DNA of 64,000 bases from an uncultured delta proteobacterium (lineage in GTDB: Bacteria; Desulfobacterota; BSN033; UBA1163). The notes under the pieces are model-generated. The model was not told the DNA's origin. It made no database searches and saw only the letters and a program-made list of their open reading frames with translations. A program made the translations under genes and the position numbers. Location of the stretch: the NCBI GenBank assembly GCA_963827685.1, contig CAWHBU010000007.1:64001-128000 (forward strand). The letters run 5' to 3'. Shown piece after piece: positions 59,090 through 64,000 of the stretch (its first letter is position 1; every line of letters starts with the position of its first letter).

Positions 59090-60439
59090 ATGAAAACCCA
59101 ACCGAAGATCACTGTGGGCATCATGGATAAGCAGACCGAGGTCAGCGGTCGGCTGGATGGAGACTTCCGCGGAGATGGGTTCGGCCCATTATCTGGTGGA
59201 TTTTCAGCAAAGGTGAATGCCGGAATGATCGTTCTTTTCGACGACGCCCATCGTGAAATCACACGCTCTCCATCGATCAGGCTCACAGGACAAGAGGAAT
59301 CAACCCTTCGACTGCGCCAAGGGACAGAGGCGCGCTCAGGGCAAGCTCTTACACTTTTTAATGTCACCATCGGAAGTCGCTTCCACTGGGAGAGGACAGA
59401 AGATCAGACCTTCGAGGGCGATTTGATTCTCCTGCCACGTAACGATGGAACAATCGCAGTCATCAACGAAATCCCCCTGGAGGATTATCTGAAAAGTGTA
59501 ATCTCCTCGGAGATGAGTAGTGGTGCTCCGATGGAATTTCTGAAGGCCCATGCCATCCTATCCCGGAGCTGGCTTTTGGCGGCGCTTGACCGCAAGAAGA
59601 AGACAAAGGAAACATCCAAATCGTCAGAGAAAATCACCGATGAAGAGGTGATACGCTGGTATGATCGGGAGGACCACGACCTTTTCGATGTCTGCGCCGA
59701 TGATCACTGCCAGCGTTATCAGGGCATCACGAAGATCGTTTCCAGGCAAGCCGAAGAAGCGGTGCGCGAAACCCGCGGGATGGTGCTCACCTATCAAAAT
59801 GAGATCTGTGATGCCCGATATTCAAAGGCCTGCGGAGGACTTACAGAAAACTTCGATACGGCCTGGGATGACAGACGAGTCACTTACCTCGGAAGTATTT
59901 CGGACGGATCAGTTCAGCATCATGCGATAGGGAGGGAAGAAGAAGCTTCGGCTTGGATCCTTTCTGCTCCCGATGTCTACTGCAATACAAAAGACGAACG
60001 TCTTCTCAAGAAGATTCTTCCTGACTTTGACCGCGAGACAAAAGGCTTTTTCCGCTGGAGGGTCGAATATTCCCGCAGCGAATTGGAAGAGATCCTGCGG
60101 GAAAAATCAGGTTTTGATTTCGGGACTCTGAAGGAGATCGTACCCATTACCCGTGGTCCCTCGGGCCGGATCTCACGGTTGAAGATCGTCGGCTCGAAGA
60201 GAAGCATCGTCGTGGGAAAGGAGCTCGAAATAAGGCGCTGGCTCTCCAGGACTCACCTTTATAGCAGTGCCTTCGTTGTGACGCTTGAAGCCGGGCGATT
60301 TACATTTCATGGTGCCGGCTGGGGACACGGCGTGGGACTCTGCCAGATCGGCGCCGCGGTCATGGCAACCAGGGGGTTTTCAGCAGACGAAATTTTGAAA
60401 CATTATTATCGAGGCGTAAAAATACAAAAAGTCTATTGA
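59090..60439 (+). CDS. SpoIID/LytB-domain lytic transglycosylase
   Basis: INEIPLEDYLKSVISSEM, KAHAILSRSW, VCADDHCQRYQG, YSKACGG, GAGWGHGVGLCQIGA. Confidence 0.9.
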   Translation: MKTQPKITVGIMDKQTEVSGRLDGDFRGDGFGPLSGGFSAKVNAGMIVLFDDAHREITRSPSIRLTGQEESTLRLRQGTEARSGQALTLFNVTIGSRFHWERTEDQTFEGDLILLPRNDGTIAVINEIPLEDYLKSVISSEMSSGAPMEFLKAHAILSRSWLLAALDRKKKTKETSKSSEKITDEEVIRWYDREDHDLFDVCADDHCQRYQGITKIVSRQAEEAVRETRGMVLTYQNEICDARYSKACGGLTENFDTAWDDRRVTYLGSISDGSVQHHAIGREEEASAWILSAPDVYCNTKDERLLKKILPDFDRETKGFFRWRVEYSRSELEEILREKSGFDFGTLKEIVPITRGPSGRISRLKIVGSKRSIVVGKELEIRRWLSRTHLYSSAFVVTLEAGRFTFHGAGWGHGVGLCQIGAAVMATRGFSADEILKHYYRGVKIQKVY

Positions 60440-60468
60440 GTTCTTAAGAAATTTGTGTTGGCTGTAGA

Positions 60469-60508
60469 TCCCCTCTCCCTTGATGGGAGAGGGTTAGGGA
60501 GAGGGTGA
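60469..60508. repeat. REP-like hairpin upstream of the DUF559 gene
   Basis: CCCTCTCCC-TTGAT-GGGAGAGGGTTAGGGAGAGGGTGA. Confidence 0.8.
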
Positions 60509-60906
60509 ACCAACACATGGCAAATAGTCTAATTTCATTTGCCAAGAGTCTCAGAAAACGAACGACCGATACAGAACAGCTATTATGGCGACATTTAAGA
60601 GCCAAACATTTCGGAGGACTCAAATTCAGACGACAACAACCTATAGGAACATACATTGTTGATTTCGTTTGCTTTGAAAAGAAAATAATTGTTGAATTGG
60701 ATGGGGGACAGCACGCCCAGCCAGAAGAGATGCAGAGCGATAGTATAAGGGATCAGTGGTTTGAAGCACAAGGGTACAAAGTATTGAGATTCTGGGACAA
60801 CGAGGTGTTGACAAATACGCAAGGAGTGCTTGAGGTGATATCGAGGCATTGTTTGAATCACCCTCCCATCAAGGGAGGGGAAATAAGAGAGATGCCCTCC
60901 CAATGA
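60505..60906 (+). CDS. DUF559 / Vsr-like endonuclease
   Basis: AKSLRK..TDTEQLLWRHLR, KFRRQQPIGTYIVDFVC, IVELDGGQH, RD..GYKVLRFWDNEV. Confidence 0.9.
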   Translation: MNQHMANSLISFAKSLRKRTTDTEQLLWRHLRAKHFGGLKFRRQQPIGTYIVDFVCFEKKIIVELDGGQHAQPEEMQSDSIRDQWFEAQGYKVLRFWDNEVLTNTQGVLEVISRHCLNHPPIKGGEIREMPSQ

Positions 60907-60965
60907 GGGAGGAGAAGTAAAAAGATGCCCTCCTCATGCCTATTGGCAGGCATCAAGGGAGGGGA
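60861..60965. repeat. Three tandem REP-like hairpins downstream of DUF559
   Basis: CCCTCCC-ATCAA-GGGAGGG units separated by A-rich ...AGATG spacers. The third unit carries a nested ATGCCT..AGGCAT palindrome. Confidence 0.8.
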
Positions 60966-60970
60966 AGTTT

Positions 60971-62248
60971 ATGGAAAAACCGATATCGCGAAATCCTTGG
61001 GCTTGGGTTCCCTCTTTGTACGTTGCCGAGGGAATCCCCTACGTCATGGCAATGACGGTTTCGGTGGTCTTCTATAAGCGCCTCGGCCTCTCGAACACCG
61101 ACATCGCCTTCTACACAAGCTGGCTCTACCTTCCCTGGGTGATCAAGCCGCTCTGGAGTCCTTTTGTTGAACTATTCAGAACGAAGCGCTACTGGATTCT
61201 TCTGATGCAGCTCCTCATCGGGGCGGCACTGGCCTGCATTGCGTTCAGCATCCCTGCTGCCCGCTTCTTTCAGTATACCCTTGCCTTCTTCTGGCTGATG
61301 GCCTTCAGTTCGGCAACCCACGACACGGCCGCCGACGGCTTTTACATGCTGGCACTCCCGGAGTCTCTTCAAGCCGCCTTTGTCGGGGTGCGAACGATCT
61401 TCTACCGGATTGGCATGATCGCCACCCAGGGCGGGCTCGTCATCTTTGCTGGCTACCTTGAAGAAAGCGGTCATGATATCCCCACAGCCTGGTCCGTCAC
61501 ACTCTTTGTGGCGGCTGCCGTCTTTGCAGCCCTCTTCCTTTATCATCTTTTTGTTCTTCCCTATCCGGCTGCGGACCGTCCGGCCAAGCGCAACCCATCG
61601 ATGTCTATTGCACGGGAGTTCCTCCACATCTTCGGCTTGTTCTTCAGGAAAAAGAACATCATTGCCATTCTTGCTTTCTTTCTCTTCTACCGGCTCGCTG
61701 AAACCCAGCTTCTAAAGATCATCGCGCCCTTTCTTCTCGACCCCCGCTCAACTGGAGGGCTGGGGCTCACCACAAAAGAGGTGGGAATCATCTATGGCAC
61801 GGTGGGACTGATTGCGCTGCTGCTGGGAGGACTTCTCGGTGGGTATGCCATCTACAGAAAGGGGCTCAAGTTCTGGATCTGGATCATGGTCTGCGCAATG
61901 CATCTGCCGGATCTCGTCTTTGTCTATCTGTCGCAGGCCACGCCTGACAATTTTTATTTGATCAACCTCGCTGTTGCCGTGGAGCAATTCGGTTACGGCT
62001 TTGGCTTTTCGGCCTATACGATGTTCATGATCATGGTGTCAGAGGGAGAGTATAAGACCGTCCACTACGCCATCTCCACGGGGATCATGGCCCTGGGAAT
62101 GATGATTCCGGCTATGGCGAGCGGCTGGCTCCAGGAGCAGATGGGTTATCAGAACTTCTTCCTCTGGGTCATGGCCGCAACGATCCCGGGGTTCATCGTG
62201 GCGGCGCTGGTGAAGATTGACCCGGAGTTCGGAAAGAAAAAGACATAA
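60971..62248 (+). CDS. ampG: AmpG-like MFS muropeptide permease
   Basis: WVPSLYVAEGIPY, LPWVIKPLWSP, SATHDTAADGFY, about 12 TM helices. Confidence 0.82.
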   Translation: MEKPISRNPWAWVPSLYVAEGIPYVMAMTVSVVFYKRLGLSNTDIAFYTSWLYLPWVIKPLWSPFVELFRTKRYWILLMQLLIGAALACIAFSIPAARFFQYTLAFFWLMAFSSATHDTAADGFYMLALPESLQAAFVGVRTIFYRIGMIATQGGLVIFAGYLEESGHDIPTAWSVTLFVAAAVFAALFLYHLFVLPYPAADRPAKRNPSMSIAREFLHIFGLFFRKKNIIAILAFFLFYRLAETQLLKIIAPFLLDPRSTGGLGLTTKEVGIIYGTVGLIALLLGGLLGGYAIYRKGLKFWIWIMVCAMHLPDLVFVYLSQATPDNFYLINLAVAVEQFGYGFGFSAYTMFMIMVSEGEYKTVHYAISTGIMALGMMIPAMASGWLQEQMGYQNFFLWVMAATIPGFIVAALVKIDPEFGKKKT

Positions 62249-62308
62249 ACATCTCCCCTCACCCTGGCCCTATCCCACGCCGGGGAGAGGGGGGATCGTG
62301 AGGAACCA

Positions 62309-63040
62309 TTGAAGAGAAAACGATTCAAGACAGCCTTCATCCTGGCAGCCGGACTGGGGACGCGGCTTCAGCCTCTGACGGAGCGACTTCCGAAGCCGCT
62401 CCTGGAAATCGGAGGACGTCCGATCATCGCTTACGTCATGGATCATCTCGTGAAAGTCGGCGTGGATCGCTTCATCGTGAACACGCATCATTGTTCGGAA
62501 GTCTATTCGGAAAAATTTCCTGACAGGCAATGGCGCGGTGTGTCCATTACCTTTCGCCATGAGCCAGTACTTCTGGACACGGCGGGGGGACTGAAAAACA
62601 TCGAAGATCTGCTGGATGACGACGAGGCCATCCTCTGTTACAACGGCGATGTAATCACCGATCTTCCCCTGCAGAGACTCCTCGAGGCCCATGAGCAGAA
62701 GCGACCGGAGGTCACCCTTGCTTTACGAAGCAGCGGCCCTCTTCTGAATGTAAATATCAATGAGGCCGGTGAGATCTGCGATCTTCGGAATATCTTGCGA
62801 AACCCGGGAACTCAAAGCTGCCTCTTTGCCGGCATCTATGCCGTGGAGACATCGTTCCTCCGGTATCTCGACGCCGGCAAAATCGAATCCGTCATTTCGG
62901 CCTTTGTCAGAAGAATCGTGAAAAAACCGGGATCGATCCGGGGGATCGTCATCGACGAAGGCGACTGGCACGACATCGGCTCCATCGAAGCCTATGAAGA
63001 ACTGAAGAGAAATAACTGGAATATTAGAATAATGGAATGA
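62309..63040 (+). CDS. murU: Nucleotidyltransferase (MurU-like)
   Basis: [40 protein letters not shown]. Adjacent to an AmgK-like kinase. Confidence 0.75.
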   Translation: MKRKRFKTAFILAAGLGTRLQPLTERLPKPLLEIGGRPIIAYVMDHLVKVGVDRFIVNTHHCSEVYSEKFPDRQWRGVSITFRHEPVLLDTAGGLKNIEDLLDDDEAILCYNGDVITDLPLQRLLEAHEQKRPEVTLALRSSGPLLNVNINEAGEICDLRNILRNPGTQSCLFAGIYAVETSFLRYLDAGKIESVISAFVRRIVKKPGSIRGIVIDEGDWHDIGSIEAYEELKRNNWNIRIME

Positions 63041-63188
63041 TGGAACAATAAACAAAAAGTGAGAATAAGAAGCCTGATCATTATGCAGCGGCGGCATTTA
63101 TTGCCGACGGACTCCGTCCCCAATAAATGGGGACGCTACAAATCCTTATTTCCGATGGAATAGATTGAATATCAAGGATCTTAGGCTG

Positions 63189-64000
63189 ATGATTCCGCAA
63201 TCCCCATTCCGAAATCCGAAATATGAAGACATGATCAATTTTGCAAGAGAGGCCCTGGGGCTTTCAGCGTCCGTCTCAATAGAACTTTCTCCTTTGGAAG
63301 GGCGAGGTTCGGACCGAACTTTCTTCAGGCTGAAATGGAACCGCAACGATTCGGCCATTCTGGTTCATTACGATCCGAAGCGTATGGAGAACGCATACTA
63401 CGCCGACACTTCGGTATTTCTCCGTGAGATAGATGTTCCGGCACCCCGGTTGATCCGCCACGATCCGGCCAGCTATCTCATTGTCATGGAAGACCTTGGG
63501 GATACGGACCTCTGGTCTTTCAGGAAAAACTCCTGGGAAATTCGAAGGACTCTTTACCAAAAGACGCTCACGGTCGTGCACAGACTTCATTCCTTCCCCA
63601 AGGATGACTTCCCTTCGGGCCGTGTGAGGCTCATGGAGGGCTTTGGTCCAGATCTCTACCGCTGGGAACGGGATTACTTCAAAGATCATTTTGTCAGGGA
63701 TGTCTGCGGGATCAAACTTGGGCCTTCCTTCGAGCGGGAACTTGAGGCAGAGCTTTTAGCTCTGGCAGATCGGCTGGCAGGGACGATGCGCTGTCTCGTA
63801 CACCGGGATCTTCAATCCCAGAACGTGATGATCCGTGACGGAGAACCCTTCCTCATCGACTTCCAGGGAATGCGCTTCGGAAGCCCGTTCTACGATCTTG
63901 GCTCGCTTCTCTGCGATCCCTATGCTAATTTTTCCAGTAGTGAGCGTGACGATCTCTTATCTTTCTATTTCGGGCTGTGGAGCCTGCAGGCGGAATCCTG
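63189..64000 (+). CDS. amgK: APH-family phosphotransferase (AmgK-like), truncated by the window end
   Basis: Translated by eye: LEGRGSDRTFFRL, MEDLGD, VHRDLQSQNVM, LIDFQG, YDLGSLL. Start is 63189 or 63231. Confidence 0.78.
   Translation, partial: MIPQSPFRNPKYEDMINFAREALGLSASVSIELSPLEGRGSDRTFFRLKWNRNDSAILVHYDPKRMENAYYADTSVFLREIDVPAPRLIRHDPASYLIVMEDLGDTDLWSFRKNSWEIRRTLYQKTLTVVHRLHSFPKDDFPSGRVRLMEGFGPDLYRWERDYFKDHFVRDVCGIKLGPSFERELEAELLALADRLAGTMRCLVHRDLQSQNVMIRDGEPFLIDFQGMRFGSPFYDLGSLLCDPYANFSSSERDDLLSFYFGLWSLQAES

Noticed and set aside
54087-59090. Long antisense ORFs (54087-54821, 57868-58557, 58479-59090 and similar elsewhere)
   Set aside because: They fully overlap well-supported genes on the opposite strand and lack recognisable motifs.
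60861-60965. Repeat-spacer pattern resembling a mini CRISPR array
   Set aside because: The spacers are about 14 bp and similar to each other, the repeats are REP hairpins found elsewhere, and there are no cas genes.

Overview
This is a 64 kb window of a bacterial chromosome. Gene content, sigma54 promoters, a GEMM-type riboswitch and the repeat families suggest a Desulfobacterota/deltaproteobacterial anaerobe (inference). Housekeeping and metabolic genes include an ATP-grasp ligase, tatC, a sigma54 two-component system, alaC-hom-thrC (with an IS630 element between hom and thrC), recG, a xanthine-dehydrogenase-family trio and a SpoIID-ampG-murU-amgK peptidoglycan recycling block. These surround a mosaic accessory region of about 19-53 kb. 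The most notable signals are: (1) a ~175 bp non-coding repeat in four same-orientation copies, each carrying a conserved TTCCAA-17-TA(A/G)AAT promoter aimed at an unrelated gene, with one copy sitting ahead of a lone integron-type cassette with an attC site; (2) a Phe/Tyr leader-peptide attenuator ahead of an uncharacterised MBL-fold hydrolase; (3) a sigma54-driven c-di-GMP-I riboswitch whose aptamer is interrupted by a 53 bp palindrome, next to a sigma54-driven processive GT2/deacetylase/YaiO/wecB exopolysaccharide locus; (4) a DUF559 nuclease flanked by inverted REP hairpins that recur across the window; (5) rubrerythrin-thioesterase and GNAT-DUF4922 fusions; (6) extensive nesting of palindromes and MITEs, including one in-frame in a protein. 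No rRNA, intact tRNA or CRISPR array was seen. Family assignments come from recognising motifs by eye, not from database searches.
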